DNA of 64,000 nt from Alteromonadaceae bacterium. GTDB taxonomy: Bacteria; Pseudomonadota; Gammaproteobacteria; Enterobacterales; Alteromonadaceae. The stretch lies in NCBI GenBank assembly GCA_023301705.1, contig JALZUE010000023.1, positions 3,454-67,453 of the forward strand. Direction: 5' to 3'. Both the position numbers and the translations under genes were made by a program. Positions 52,562 through 63,827 of this stretch are shown piece by piece (position 1 is the first letter of the stretch; each line of letters starts with the position of its first letter). Below the pieces are notes generated by a model. The model had not been told where the DNA came from. It saw nothing but the letters and a program-made list of their open reading frames with translations, and did no database searches.

Positions 52562-53662
52562 CTATTGAAACTCACCAATAGTGATATTGATTAATTGTTC
52601 TTGTTTATTTCTATAAACTAAAAATGTGAGTACGGTACCAGGTTTTGTTTCTGCAATAATATCAAGCGCCTGAGTAATACTTGTAATGGTTATATTATCA
52701 ATTTTTGTCACTAAATCATTCACGGCCAAGCCGCCAATATCTGCTGGGCTGTCTGCAATAATTTTCGTCACAATAAAACCTTTAACATCGTTAACTGCAC
52801 TGCTGGTAATGCCTAGCCAGCCACGAACAACACGGCCATGGGTGATTATTTTTTTCATGACTTTATTGGCTAATTGATAAGGTACAGCAAAGAAAATACC
52901 TTGAATATTGACTTGTGGATCAGTTTGAGTAAATTTACGTGAATTAATCGCCACGAGCTGGCCATTCGTATTGACTAATGCACCGCCAGAGTTACCTTCA
53001 TTAATGGCAGCATCCATTTGTAAAAACTCAAGATAGCTTGTTGTACTTAAACCATTTCTACCCGTCCCGCTAACAATACCTTGAGTGACCGTTTGACCTA
53101 AATTTAATGGGTTACCAATAGCTAAAACAATATCACCCACTAGTGATACCATTTCTTGTTTTTGAGGAATTACAGGCAAATTATCAGCATCAACTTTTAA
53201 AACAGCTAAATCAGTTAGGCTATCAATACCAATAAGTTGTGCAGGGTATTGCTGCCCTGATTGTAAAACAACAACAATTAAATCTGCATCTTGAACAACA
53301 TGATAATTAGTTAAAATATAACCATCAGCTAACATAATAACACCAGAGCCTAGCTTAGTCGTATTGAGTTTTTGTCGGCTAAATCGGCTATCTTGACTAA
53401 TGTCATTTGAATAAATATTGACGACAGCAGGCCCTGCAACACTCACCGCTTTAGCATATGAAAGTGGCGCCTCATTTTGGTGTTTCGTCTTAAGTAATGA
53501 TGATATAAAAGGCGTGTTAATACGAAAGTCAGGAACAAGAAACAGTAAGGCTATTGCCAATAAAACACCGTAGCTTAATGAATTTAATATATATTTTAAG
53601 ATAGATGAATATTTCACAATGAATGAATAGACCAAAATTAAGTTAATGTATAACAATAACAT
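52562..53662 (-). CDS. degS: Envelope-stress serine endoprotease DegS
   Basis: 366 aa in the maximal ORF; the true start may be the internal GTG near 53617. It has a TM anchor, a trypsin-like domain (TDAAINEGNSGGALVN) and a single PDZ domain. Confidence 0.9.
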   Translation of the reverse strand: MLLLYINLILVYSFIVKYSSILKYILNSLSYGVLLAIALLFLVPDFRINTPFISSLLKTKHQNEAPLSYAKAVSVAGPAVVNIYSNDISQDSRFSRQKLNTTKLGSGVIMLADGYILTNYHVVQDADLIVVVLQSGQQYPAQLIGIDSLTDLAVLKVDADNLPVIPQKQEMVSLVGDIVLAIGNPLNLGQTVTQGIVSGTGRNGLSTTSYLEFLQMDAAINEGNSGGALVNTNGQLVAINSRKFTQTDPQVNIQGIFFAVPYQLANKVMKKIITHGRVVRGWLGITSSAVNDVKGFIVTKIIADSPADIGGLAVNDLVTKIDNITITSITQALDIIAETKPGTVLTFLVYRNKQEQLINITIGEFQ

Positions 53663-53740
53663 AAAATTGTGATTATTTAATCGGTAAGTTAATTTTATTG
53701 CGGTTGAATTAATTTATATGCACTATTTTAGCGTTAAGAA

Positions 53741-53779
53741 TGCCCTTCAAAATATAATGTAATTACTATTTGAAGGGCA
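53741..53779 (-). terminator. Hairpin downstream of degQ (possible terminator)
   Basis: TGCCCTTCAAA (53741-53751) pairs with TTTGAAGGGCA (53769-53779). The loop is 17 nt and the U-tract is weak. Confidence 0.4.
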
Positions 53780-53817
53780 ATATATTCAACTTTTTAATGA
53801 AAGCTAAAGGTTGTTGA

Positions 53818-55173
53818 TTAACGCAACATCAAGAATAAAGAGGTATTATCTCTTGCAATATTTAACGCAAACGTACCTTTTTTATCTTTAAAATAGTTTC
53901 TTAAATCAGCAAGGTTTTTAACGCGAGTACGATTAACACCTATAATTACATCGCCTTTTTTCAACCCTCGAAGATGTGCTTGGCTGTTTGCTTCAACAGA
54001 TTCTATTTCTACTCCTTCTGCATGATTAACAAGTGTAGCACCTTCTAACATTCTATGAATTGTTTTGGCTGCAACATCAATGCTTTTCGCATTTTGAAGA
54101 GTGACTGTGTATTTCTTCTCTTTACTATCACGCACAATGGTTAATTTAACTTTTTTACCTGCGCCAATAGAGCCTATTTTACCGCGTAATTCACTGAATG
54201 ATTTAATTGCTTGACCATTAACTTGCGTTATAACGTCACCGGCTTTTAAGCCTGCTGCTTCAGCTGCAGAATCAGGCAAAACCTGTTCAATAAAGCCACC
54301 TTGGCTTGCTTCAAGTTCCATTGCTTTGGCTATTTCACTATCGACACTTCTGCCTGAAACACCTAATACACCTCGTCTAATTTCACCGAATTCAATAATT
54401 TGGCTAACAAGGTTGTTCATCATATTACTTGGGATAGCGAAACCAATACCAACATTACCGCCATTAGGGCCTAAAATAGCCGTATTAATACCAATAAGCT
54501 CTCCACGTAAATTAACGAGTGCACCACCAGAGTTACCACTGTTAATTGCTGCGTCGGTTTGAATAAAGTCTTCAAAGTTTTCTATGTTTAAGCCGCTACG
54601 ACCAAGTGCACTGACAATACCCGAGGTTACCGTTTGACCTAAACCAAAAGGGCTACCAATAGCAACGGCAAAATCACCTACTTCAAGGTTGTCTGAATTA
54701 GCTATTTGAATAGCAAGTAAGTCATCAGCTTCAATTTGTAATAAAGCAATATCGCTTGCGGCATCAGAGCCTAGTTTTTTTGCTTCAATTTGGCGACCAT
54801 CTTTTAAGGTGACTAAAATTTCATCTGCATGATCAACTACATGGTTATTAGTAACAATATAACCTTCTTTAGCATCGACAATGACACCGGAACCTAAACC
54901 TTGAAAAGGTCGTTCTTGTGGACCTTGTTGTTGCCTAGGGTTACCAAAAAAGCGAAAAACATCTGGAATATTTTGTTGAACTTTTTGTGTGCCTTTAACC
55001 GATATACTAACAACAGCTGGTGTTGCTGTTTTTAACATTGGTGCCAAACTAGGAATTGCTTGGCCATTAACCGCTAAAGGTAAGTTAGCCATTGTTGGCA
55101 TGCTAACGAGAGCTAAACTACTTGAGAGTAAAGTAGCTCGTATAAATAAAGGTAATTTTTTCATATTTATCAC
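53818..55173 (-). CDS. degQ: Periplasmic serine endoprotease DegQ/DegP (HtrA family, two PDZ domains)
   Basis: 451 aa from GTG 55173; the alternative ATG at 55164 gives the signal peptide MKKLPLFIRATLL.... The catalytic region reads TDAAINSGNSGGALVN. Confidence 0.93.
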   Translation of the reverse strand: MINMKKLPLFIRATLLSSSLALVSMPTMANLPLAVNGQAIPSLAPMLKTATPAVVSISVKGTQKVQQNIPDVFRFFGNPRQQQGPQERPFQGLGSGVIVDAKEGYIVTNNHVVDHADEILVTLKDGRQIEAKKLGSDAASDIALLQIEADDLLAIQIANSDNLEVGDFAVAIGSPFGLGQTVTSGIVSALGRSGLNIENFEDFIQTDAAINSGNSGGALVNLRGELIGINTAILGPNGGNVGIGFAIPSNMMNNLVSQIIEFGEIRRGVLGVSGRSVDSEIAKAMELEASQGGFIEQVLPDSAAEAAGLKAGDVITQVNGQAIKSFSELRGKIGSIGAGKKVKLTIVRDSKEKKYTVTLQNAKSIDVAAKTIHRMLEGATLVNHAEGVEIESVEANSQAHLRGLKKGDVIIGVNRTRVKNLADLRNYFKDKKGTFALNIARDNTSLFLMLR

Positions 55174-55248
55174 AAATTCCTAATATAAATGAATTAAACG
55201 CTTACTTATGAAGACAAAGGTTAAGCTTAGTTAGTTCCTCTTCTTTCA

Positions 55249-55701
55249 TTAACTCTTTGTAACAGATTGTTTCGAATCATCAAATAAGCCACTGGCTTTG
55301 TTTGAATAATCTAGTGGTGGTTCAGTATTCGTAACTTCCTGTATTTTGTTTTTATTTGAATCTTGTAAAGTAATTGACTTAGCTAAATGCTCTTGTGTTT
55401 CTTGATCAAAAAAAGGCATGTCAGGTTTATCGTCTTCGGTTGCTTTATTTAATAGCTTGGTACTTTCTTCCATTTGCTTCATTGCTGCTTGGCAAGTCGT
55501 GTTCATTTGTTCTAACAATTTAGCTGAATCATCTAAATGTTTCGCTACATCTAATTTATATTGTGATAAAGCCTCCTCATTTTCTTTAACTTTTTCATTT
55601 AACTGTTTTTGCTCTGTCGCTGATATCGATAATGCTTTATAACCAGCTGCACCGATTAGTGCCCCCAATAAAAAAATAAGAATACCGTATACTATTACCA
55701 T
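55249..55701 (-). CDS. zapG: Z-ring-associated inner-membrane protein ZapG (YhcB, DUF1043)
   Basis: 150 aa with an N-terminal TM helix (MVIVYGILIFLLGALIGAAGY) and a coiled-coil. It is divergent from zapE, as in E. coli. Confidence 0.85.
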   Translation of the reverse strand: MVIVYGILIFLLGALIGAAGYKALSISATEQKQLNEKVKENEEALSQYKLDVAKHLDDSAKLLEQMNTTCQAAMKQMEESTKLLNKATEDDKPDMPFFDQETQEHLAKSITLQDSNKNKIQEVTNTEPPLDYSNKASGLFDDSKQSVTKS

Positions 55702-55945
55702 AATAAAAAACCTCTTAGACTTTTTGAAAGAAAACTTGCTACGATAACTTTCGTTTCGTACTGTTCATATAATAAAAATAATGTAGCGATTGATATTTTA
55801 CAAATGAAATATTTATGCTGACTCTATATACTATACCTCTCTTAATGTTTAACTGCATGAAATTCTATTATTTCTTTAGTAATTTTAAGCTTTAAGTATT
55901 TAAACATTTTAAAATTATATATCGACAAAAATAGCTGGCATCTAC

Positions 55946-57067
55946 ATGGTAAATATATCCCCATTACAGAAATATCAAGAAGATCTGAAGCGTGAAGACT
56001 TCCAATACGACGAAGCTCAAGAAAATGCGGTTAAACACTTACAGCGTTTATATGATGACTTACTCAACGTTAAACCTAAAAAGACAGGCATTCCACAAAC
56101 ATTAACGAAGTTAAAATCACTATTTTCGTCTAAGAATGAAAGTACTAACATCGTGCAAGGCTTATATTTTTGGGGAGGTGTAGGTCGAGGTAAAACCTAC
56201 CTTGTTGATACATTTTATGATTGTTTGCCCTTTGATAATAAAATGCGCGTACATTTTCACCGTTTCATGCACCGTGTACATGATGAATTGAAGCAACTGC
56301 ATGGCCAACAAGATCCTTTAAAGGTAATAGCAGAAAAATTTGCTAAAGAAACATGTATTATCTGTTTTGATGAGTTCTTTGTTTCAGACATCACTGATGC
56401 CATGATTTTAGGTACTTTATTTGAAGAACTTTTTGCGCGCAATGTCACTTTAGTCGCTACCAGTAATATTGTACCAGATGAGCTTTATCGAAACGGTTTA
56501 CAGCGAGAACGATTTATGCCGGCCATTAACTTAATTAATATGCATACAGACATTGTTAATGTTGATAGTGGTGTTGATTATCGATTACGTACCCTTGAGC
56601 AAGCAGAAATATATCATTCACCCTTAGACAATAGCGCAAATGATAATTTACGTCGTTATTTTAAACAGCTTTCGATAGAAGTAGGGCAAGAAAATACCAC
56701 AATAGAAATTAATCATCGTGAATTAGAGGTTATTGAAGTTTCAGAGGGTATCGCTCATTTTGATTATTCTGTTCTTTGTGAAAGCGCAAGAAGTCAATCT
56801 GATTATATGGAACTCAGTAAAGTTTATCACACCATCTTACTGGCTAATGTCAAACAAATGAGCGTAGAGCGCGATGATGCGGCTCGTCGCTTTATTGCCA
56901 TGATTGATGAGTTTTATGAACGTAATGTGAAGTTAATTATTTCTGCCGAAGTTGTGATGGCTGAATTATACTCTTACGGTGGTTTAGAGTTTGAATTTAA
57001 GCGTTGTTTGAGCCGTTTACAAGAAATGCAATCACATGATTATTTGGCGAGTGAGCATTTACCGTAA
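55946..57067 (+). CDS. zapE: Cell-division ATPase ZapE (YhcM, AFG1 family)
   Basis: 373 aa with Walker A GGVGRGKT and Walker B ICFDEF. Confidence 0.9.
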   Translation: MVNISPLQKYQEDLKREDFQYDEAQENAVKHLQRLYDDLLNVKPKKTGIPQTLTKLKSLFSSKNESTNIVQGLYFWGGVGRGKTYLVDTFYDCLPFDNKMRVHFHRFMHRVHDELKQLHGQQDPLKVIAEKFAKETCIICFDEFFVSDITDAMILGTLFEELFARNVTLVATSNIVPDELYRNGLQRERFMPAINLINMHTDIVNVDSGVDYRLRTLEQAEIYHSPLDNSANDNLRRYFKQLSIEVGQENTTIEINHRELEVIEVSEGIAHFDYSVLCESARSQSDYMELSKVYHTILLANVKQMSVERDDAARRFIAMIDEFYERNVKLIISAEVVMAELYSYGGLEFEFKRCLSRLQEMQSHDYLASEHLP

Positions 57068-57175
57068 ATAGATATTCAAACAGCATAATAAGTTTTGACG
57101 GGGCGTTTATTAATCATTAAGTGAGTAAATTCATCAAAAGATTAAATAATATACGTGATCTTTTATTTTAAGTTC

Positions 57176-57329
57176 TGTATAATCCGCGCTCCCTAACGTT
57201 ACAAATGCCTATTGCTCTTTCCAAAGCAATAAGCGCAGACTCGATACTCGAAGGGGTACTGGCGTAGTCTTTAAATAATCGACAACCGCTGGTTGTTTTT
57301 TAAGTAACTATTTTAAAATGGGTTTTTTA
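57176..57329 (+). promoter_or_regulatory. Candidate extended -10 promoter plus structured rplM-rpsI leader
   Basis: TGTATAAT lies at 57176-57183. The leader has two hairpins. The first is TATTGCT/AGCAATA. The second is ACAACC (57282-57287), loop GCT, GGTTGT (57291-57296), followed by T5, 29 nt before the ATG. Confidence 0.4.
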
Positions 57330-57758
57330 ATGAAAACTTTCGTAGCAAAATCAGAAAGCGTACAACGCGAATGGTTTTTAGTAGATGCAACTGACAAAAC
57401 GTTGGGTCGTATCTCTACTGAAATCGCTAGTCGTTTACGTGGTAAACATAAAGCAGAATATACTCCAAGTGTTGACACTGGCGATTACATCGTTGTTATC
57501 AATGCTGAAAAAGTAAAAGTAACAGGTAACAAAGCGAAGGGTAAAATTTATTACTCTCATACTGAATTCCCTGGTGGCTTAAAGCAAATTAGTTTTGAAA
57601 AGCTTATTGAGAAAGCACCTGAGCGTGTTATCGAATTCGCTGTTAAGGGTATGTTACCAAAAGGTCCTTTAGGCCGTGACATGTTCCGTAAACTAAAAGT
57701 GTATGCTGGCTCTGAGCACAAGCATACTGCACAACAACCACAACTTTTGGAGCTATAA
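57330..57758 (+). CDS. rplM: 50S ribosomal protein L13
   Basis: The ORF track starts at 57318. The ATG at 57330 gives [20 protein letters not shown], collinear with E. coli [20 protein letters not shown]. Confidence 0.97.
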   Translation: MKTFVAKSESVQREWFLVDATDKTLGRISTEIASRLRGKHKAEYTPSVDTGDYIVVINAEKVKVTGNKAKGKIYYSHTEFPGGLKQISFEKLIEKAPERVIEFAVKGMLPKGPLGRDMFRKLKVYAGSEHKHTAQQPQLLEL

Positions 57759-57761
57759 GCA

Positions 57762-58154
57762 ATGGCTGATAATCAATATTACGGTACTGGTCGTCGCAAG
57801 AGCTCAACTGCTCGTGTGTTTATGAAAGCTGGTAACGGTGCAATTACAATTAATAAACGTGACATTTCTGAATACTTTAGTCGTCCAACGGCTCGTATGG
57901 TTGTTCGCCAACCATTAGAATTAGTAGAAATGTTAGAGAAATTTGACTTTAACATCACTGTAGTTGGTGGTGGTATCTCTGGTCAAGCGGGTGCAATTCG
58001 TCACGGTATTACTCGTGCCTTAATGCAATTTGACGAAACTTTACGTGCTGATTTACGTAAAGCTGGTTTCGTTACTCGTGATGCTCGTAAAGTTGAACGT
58101 AAGAAAGTTGGTTTACATAAGGCTCGTAAAAAGCCACAATTTTCAAAACGTTAA
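57762..58154 (+). CDS. rpsI: 30S ribosomal protein S9
   Basis: 130 aa, starting [20 protein letters not shown] and ending [11 protein letters not shown]. Confidence 0.97.
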   Translation: MADNQYYGTGRRKSSTARVFMKAGNGAITINKRDISEYFSRPTARMVVRQPLELVEMLEKFDFNITVVGGGISGQAGAIRHGITRALMQFDETLRADLRKAGFVTRDARKVERKKVGLHKARKKPQFSKR

Positions 58155-58171
58155 TATTTTATATACGTTTC

Positions 58172-58202
58172 AAAAAAGCTGGTTTTTACCAGCTTTTTTT
58201 AT
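58172..58202 (+). terminator. Rho-independent terminator after rpsI
   Basis: AAAAAAGCTGG (58172-58182), loop TTTTTA, CCAGCTTTTTTT (58189-58200). Confidence 0.85.
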
Positions 58203-58414
58203 ACCTGTTATTTGGTAAAACATTCATTCTTTTTATTTTATGATTCGATATTATTCGCTATTATGATTAATTTAATTGTCTTGTAAAAAATAAACCTTTT
58301 CTTTATTATCACAAAGAAATTATTGTTATTTTATTCATGTTATCTTTAGTGTTTTTTATAAAATATTAAGTAAAAAAATATGTAAAGTTAATTAAGAGAC
58401 ATTGGAGAAAGTCA

Positions 58415-59011
58415 ATGAGCAATGGGTCCGTCAATAACGGTCGCAGACGCTTTTTAACCGCAGCAACTTCAGTTGTTGGTGGTATAGGTGTTGCCGGTGT
58501 AGCTGTTCCTTTTATTCATTCATGGAACCCAAGCGCGAAAGCAAAAGCAGCTGGGGCACCTGTTGAAGTGCCTGTAGATAAAATAAAACCAGGACAAATG
58601 ATTCGCGTAGAGTGGCGTGGCAAGCCAGTGTATATTGTTCGTCGTACTACAGAAACCATCAATGAATTATCAAGTCATGATAAAAAACTTAGAGATCCAA
58701 CATCGCTAGAGCCTCAGCAGCCGAATTATACCATGAACCTTCACCGTTCTATTAATCCAGAATTTATGGTTGTATTAGGTGTTTGTACACATTTAGGCTG
58801 TGCTCCAACCCATTTTAAAGGTAACTTTGAACAACACATTGCAGGTGTTAAAAATGGTTTTTTCTGTCCATGTCATGGCTCTAAATTTGATATGGCTGGT
58901 CGTGTTTTTAAAGGAGTACCTGCACCGCTGAACCTTATGGTGCCCGAACATTCTTTTCCAACGCCAAATACCTTATTAATTGGTGTTGGGCCTGAGACAG
59001 AGGACGCGTAA
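58415..59011 (+). CDS. petA: Ubiquinol-cytochrome c reductase Rieske iron-sulfur subunit
   Basis: 198 aa with a Tat-type signal (RRRFLTAAT). The Rieske boxes are CTHLGC and CPCHGS. Confidence 0.95.
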   Translation: MSNGSVNNGRRRFLTAATSVVGGIGVAGVAVPFIHSWNPSAKAKAAGAPVEVPVDKIKPGQMIRVEWRGKPVYIVRRTTETINELSSHDKKLRDPTSLEPQQPNYTMNLHRSINPEFMVVLGVCTHLGCAPTHFKGNFEQHIAGVKNGFFCPCHGSKFDMAGRVFKGVPAPLNLMVPEHSFPTPNTLLIGVGPETEDA

Positions 59012-60288
59012 TGAAACTCTCATTAATGAATAATTTATTAGGCTGGCTTAATAAGCGTTTACCTGTGACAGATTCATATAATAAACATATGGGTCAGTAT
59101 CCAGCACCGAAAAATTTTAATTTTTGGTACATATTTGGCTCTTTATCTTTGTTGGTACTTGTTAATCAAATTATGACAGGTATTTGGTTAACAATGCACT
59201 ATGAGCCTTCGGCCGAAGGTGCTTTTGCTTCAATTGAATACATTATGCGTGATGTTGATTATGGCTGGTTACTTCGTTATATGCACTCTACAGGCGCCTC
59301 TGCATTTTTTATTGTTATTTACTTACATATGTTTCGCGGTTTAATTTATGGCTCTTACCAGAAGCCTCGTGAGCTGCTGTGGGTTTTCGGTATGATGCTT
59401 TACTTAGTTTTAATGGCTGAAGCGTTTATGGGCTACTTATTACCGTGGGGTAATATGAGTTACTGGGGCGCGCAGGTTATTATTTCATTATTTAGTGCAA
59501 TACCTGTTATTGGTGACGATCTCGCTATTTGGATCAAAGGTGATTACGTGGTTTCTGGCGCTACGTTAAATCGTTTCTTTGCATTACATGTAATAGCGTT
59601 ACCATTAGTGCTTGTTATTTTAGTGTTTTTACATTTATTAGCTTTACATGAGGTTGGCTCTAATAACCCTGATGGTATTGATATTAAAAAACCTAAAGGC
59701 TCAATTAAAAAAGAAGACAAATCGAAGTTTACGTTTCACCACGCGTTTACCAGTAAATACGACATTGTTGATGCGATACCTTTTCATCCTTATTACACCG
59801 TAAAAGATATAATGGGGGTTGTCGCATTTCTAATGATTTTTTGTTGGGTTATGTTCTTTTATCCTGAAGCCGATGGTTACTTTTTAGAGGCTCCTAACTT
59901 TACACCAGCTAATGGGTTGAAAACACCTGAACATATTGTTCCTGTGTGGTACTTTGGTCCGTTTTATACGATTTTACGTGTTATTCCTGATAAATTGCTT
60001 GGTATGTTGGGAATGTTTACTGCTATAGCAATGTTGTTTGCTTTACCTTGGTTTGATCGTGGTATGGTTAAATCATTTCGTTTTCGTAGTAAAATACATT
60101 ATTTTAATTTAATACAATTTACAGTGTGCTTTTTAATATTAGGCTTTTTAGGTACCTTACCAGCATCAGATTTTACAAATGTCGTAGGGCGAATAGCAAC
60201 GTTTGGTTATTTTGGATTTTTTATCGCGTTATGGTTTTATAGTAAAAATGAATTAACAAAACCGGTACCAGAAAGAGTAATAAAATAA
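59011..60288 (+). CDS. petB: Cytochrome b (bc1 complex)
   Basis: 425 aa polytopic protein with conserved His-containing helices (LRYMHSTGAS, RFFALHV) and a VPVWYF motif. Confidence 0.95.
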   Translation: MKLSLMNNLLGWLNKRLPVTDSYNKHMGQYPAPKNFNFWYIFGSLSLLVLVNQIMTGIWLTMHYEPSAEGAFASIEYIMRDVDYGWLLRYMHSTGASAFFIVIYLHMFRGLIYGSYQKPRELLWVFGMMLYLVLMAEAFMGYLLPWGNMSYWGAQVIISLFSAIPVIGDDLAIWIKGDYVVSGATLNRFFALHVIALPLVLVILVFLHLLALHEVGSNNPDGIDIKKPKGSIKKEDKSKFTFHHAFTSKYDIVDAIPFHPYYTVKDIMGVVAFLMIFCWVMFFYPEADGYFLEAPNFTPANGLKTPEHIVPVWYFGPFYTILRVIPDKLLGMLGMFTAIAMLFALPWFDRGMVKSFRFRSKIHYFNLIQFTVCFLILGFLGTLPASDFTNVVGRIATFGYFGFFIALWFYSKNELTKPVPERVIK

Positions 60289-60983
60289 TGAAAAAGATTA
60301 TTTGCTTAATTGTACTATTACCGTTGTTTTTTTTTGCATCAGCAGCGACTTTAGCGTTAGATAAACCGGGTAACGACCTAAGTGATAAATCATCACTTAA
60401 ACGAGGTTTTAAATCCTATTTAACGTATTGTTTAGCATGTCATCAATTAGCATATCAGCGTTATAATAGAACATTTACTGATTTAGACATCGATGAAAAA
60501 GAAGGTAAACTCAGTTGGATGCCAACAGGTGAGAAAACGAGTAATCATATTATAAATAATTTACCGGCAAAAGACGCCGCTAAATGGTTTGGTAGTACAC
60601 CGCCTGATTTAACATTAGTCACTCGCTTTAGAAGCCCTGAATATATTTATACGTATTTACGAACATTCTATATCGATGAAAATCGTCCATTTGGTGTTAA
60701 TAATGCGGTATTTCCTGAAGTTGGTATGCCACATGTGCTACAAAACTTGCAAGGTATAAGAACAATGGATTATCATGGCGAACTTTCTGAAGCTACAGGT
60801 GGCAGTATGACTACCGAAGAGTATGATAGCTTCGTTCGTGATTTAGTTAATTTCTTAGAATATGTTGGAGAACCAAATAAACTAGAACGTAAATCATTAG
60901 GTTATTGGGTATTAGGGTTTTTATTGGTATTATTTACTCTGACTTATCTATTGAAAAAAGAATACTGGAAAGATATTTATTAA
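60288..60983 (+). CDS. petC: Cytochrome c1 (bc1 complex)
   Basis: 231 aa with a signal peptide, heme motif CLACHQ and a C-terminal TM anchor. Confidence 0.92.
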   Translation: MKKIICLIVLLPLFFFASAATLALDKPGNDLSDKSSLKRGFKSYLTYCLACHQLAYQRYNRTFTDLDIDEKEGKLSWMPTGEKTSNHIINNLPAKDAAKWFGSTPPDLTLVTRFRSPEYIYTYLRTFYIDENRPFGVNNAVFPEVGMPHVLQNLQGIRTMDYHGELSEATGGSMTTEEYDSFVRDLVNFLEYVGEPNKLERKSLGYWVLGFLLVLFTLTYLLKKEYWKDIY

Positions 60984-61061
60984 ATTCTTTATCGCATAAA
61001 GTTTTATTGGGAGCTTTAAGTTCCTTTATATGTATTTAAAAATGTAATTATGGAGGCATAA

Positions 61062-61706
61062 ATGGCCGTAGCAGCAAACAAACGTTCAGTAATGACGATG
61101 TATTCTCATGCTGATGATATGTATAGTCATCAAACACGCATCGTTTTAGCTGAAAAAGGTGTGGGTGTTGATATCCATTTAGTTGAGTTAGACAATTTAC
61201 CTGAAGATTTAATTGATCTAAATCCATACGGTACAGTACCAACATTGATTGACCGTGAATTAGCGCTTTATGAAGCAAGTATTATTATTGAATATCTTGA
61301 TGAGCGTTTTCCACATCCACCATTAATGCCTGTTTACCCTGTTTCTCGTGGTCGCAGTCGCTTGATGATGCATCGTATTGAGAATGATTGGTATAGTTTA
61401 GCTAAAATTATTATTGCTAATGATAGTGTTGAAAGTGTTGAAAAAGCACGTCAAGAATTAAAAGAAAGCTTATTAAGTGTAGCACCTATTTTAAATGAAG
61501 CGCCTTACTTTATGAGTGAAGAATTCAGCTTAGTTGATTGTTATTTAGCCCCTTTATTATGGCGCTTACCAGCATTCGGCATTGAATTAACAGGGCAGGG
61601 TTCTAAAGAGTTAAAGTCTTACATGTTGAAATTATTTGAACGTGAGTCTTTTCAAGCTTCATTAACAGAAGTTGAGCGAGAATTGCGCTTTGGTAACCCA
61701 GCATAA
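61062..61706 (+). CDS. sspA: Stringent starvation protein A (GST-like)
   Basis: 214 aa, starting MAVAANKRSVMTMYS and containing YEASIIIEYLDERFPHPPLMPVYPV. Confidence 0.96.
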   Translation: MAVAANKRSVMTMYSHADDMYSHQTRIVLAEKGVGVDIHLVELDNLPEDLIDLNPYGTVPTLIDRELALYEASIIIEYLDERFPHPPLMPVYPVSRGRSRLMMHRIENDWYSLAKIIIANDSVESVEKARQELKESLLSVAPILNEAPYFMSEEFSLVDCYLAPLLWRLPAFGIELTGQGSKELKSYMLKLFERESFQASLTEVERELRFGNPA

Positions 61707-62176
61707 TGACCAGTGAAATGACGTCGAACAAGCCTTATTTAATTAAGGCTTTTTACGATTGGATTTCAGATAATGAGCTTACGCCATATATTGTTGTTAA
61801 AGCCTCAATGCCGCACGTAATGGTGCCAGTTGCTTATGTTCAAAATGAAGAAATAGTATTAAATGTTTCTTCTGGCGCTGTAGGTGGTATTGCTTTAACT
61901 GATAGTGCAATTGAGTTTAGTGCCCGGTTTGGCGGTCAATTAGAAAACTTATATGTGCCATATGGTGCTATCTCGGCTATTTACGCGAAAGAGAATGGTG
62001 CTGGTACCGCATTACCTTTAGAAGAAATTATCGAAGGTGATGATAGTTCAGAGATAACAGAAACATTTGATTTATCATCGGTTGATACGAGTTCAGCTGA
62101 TGTCTTAATCAGTCATAGCAACGAAAAACCGAAATCAAAGAAAAGTAAGCGACCGTCGTTAAGCATTGTGAAGTAA
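61706..62176 (+). CDS. sspB: Stringent starvation protein B (ClpXP adaptor)
   Basis: 156 aa. It contains NKPYLIKAFYDWISDNELTPYIVV and ends in PSLSIVK. Confidence 0.95.
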   Translation: MTSEMTSNKPYLIKAFYDWISDNELTPYIVVKASMPHVMVPVAYVQNEEIVLNVSSGAVGGIALTDSAIEFSARFGGQLENLYVPYGAISAIYAKENGAGTALPLEEIIEGDDSSEITETFDLSSVDTSSADVLISHSNEKPKSKKSKRPSLSIVK

Positions 62177-62193
62177 GTTATTACTCATTAATG

Positions 62194-62240
62194 TTTAAGT
62201 ATAAAAAAACAAGCGATAAGCTTGTTTTTTTATACTTAAA
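62194..62240. terminator. Bidirectional terminator between sspB and dolP (21-bp perfect inverted repeat)
   Basis: TTTAAGTATAAAAAAACAAGC (62194-62214), loop GATAA, GCTTGTTTTTTTATACTTAAA (62220-62240). The GC-containing core CAAGC/GCTTG is flanked by A and T runs. Confidence 0.8.
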
Positions 62241-62272
62241 ATACTGTTTTATTATCACACTAAAGAATAATC

Positions 62273-62851
62273 TTATTCTTCAATATACTCAAAAGCATTA
62301 AATACTCTATTAACACCTGTAACATTACGCGCTATTTCTATGGCATTTTGTGCTTTAGGTTCGTCAATTACACCCATTAGAAATACTTCGCTATTTTCGG
62401 TTACCACTTTAATGTTAATAGCATCTAATTTTTCATTTTTAAACAATGCCATTTTAACTTTAGATGTTAACCAAACATCATTACTGCGTGTTTTTACTGA
62501 ACTTTTATTTGCGATGCGAATTTGGTTGTGAATTGTTTCAACACCATCAATATCAACAATCGTTTTTGCTACAACATCTTTCAAGTGCATATTAGGCGCT
62601 TGACCAACGATTAATACGCTGCCGTTAATGCTTGTGACAAAAATATGTGTATTATCGTCAATCGCTGAGTTTTTTTTCAATTCAGCGTACGCATTTAACT
62701 CAATCGTTTGGTCATCAATAAAATTACCTAAACTGCGCTCATCTTTAGCAACAGTTGTAGTTCCGCTAATTAAGCTCAGTACCGCAAAGGTAATACACCC
62801 TTGAAGCATGGTTGATGCAATAATAATTATAAACAGTCTTTTAAAGGGCAT
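62273..62851 (-). CDS. dolP: Outer-membrane lipoprotein DolP (YraP, dual BON domains)
   Basis: 192 aa with lipobox MLQGC and two BON-like repeats. It lies downstream of diaA, as in E. coli. Confidence 0.88.
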   Translation of the reverse strand: MPFKRLFIIIIASTMLQGCITFAVLSLISGTTTVAKDERSLGNFIDDQTIELNAYAELKKNSAIDDNTHIFVTSINGSVLIVGQAPNMHLKDVVAKTIVDIDGVETIHNQIRIANKSSVKTRSNDVWLTSKVKMALFKNEKLDAINIKVVTENSEVFLMGVIDEPKAQNAIEIARNVTGVNRVFNAFEYIEE

Positions 62852-62854
62852 AGA

Positions 62855-63813
<959 letters not shown>

Positions 63814-63827
<14 letters not shown>

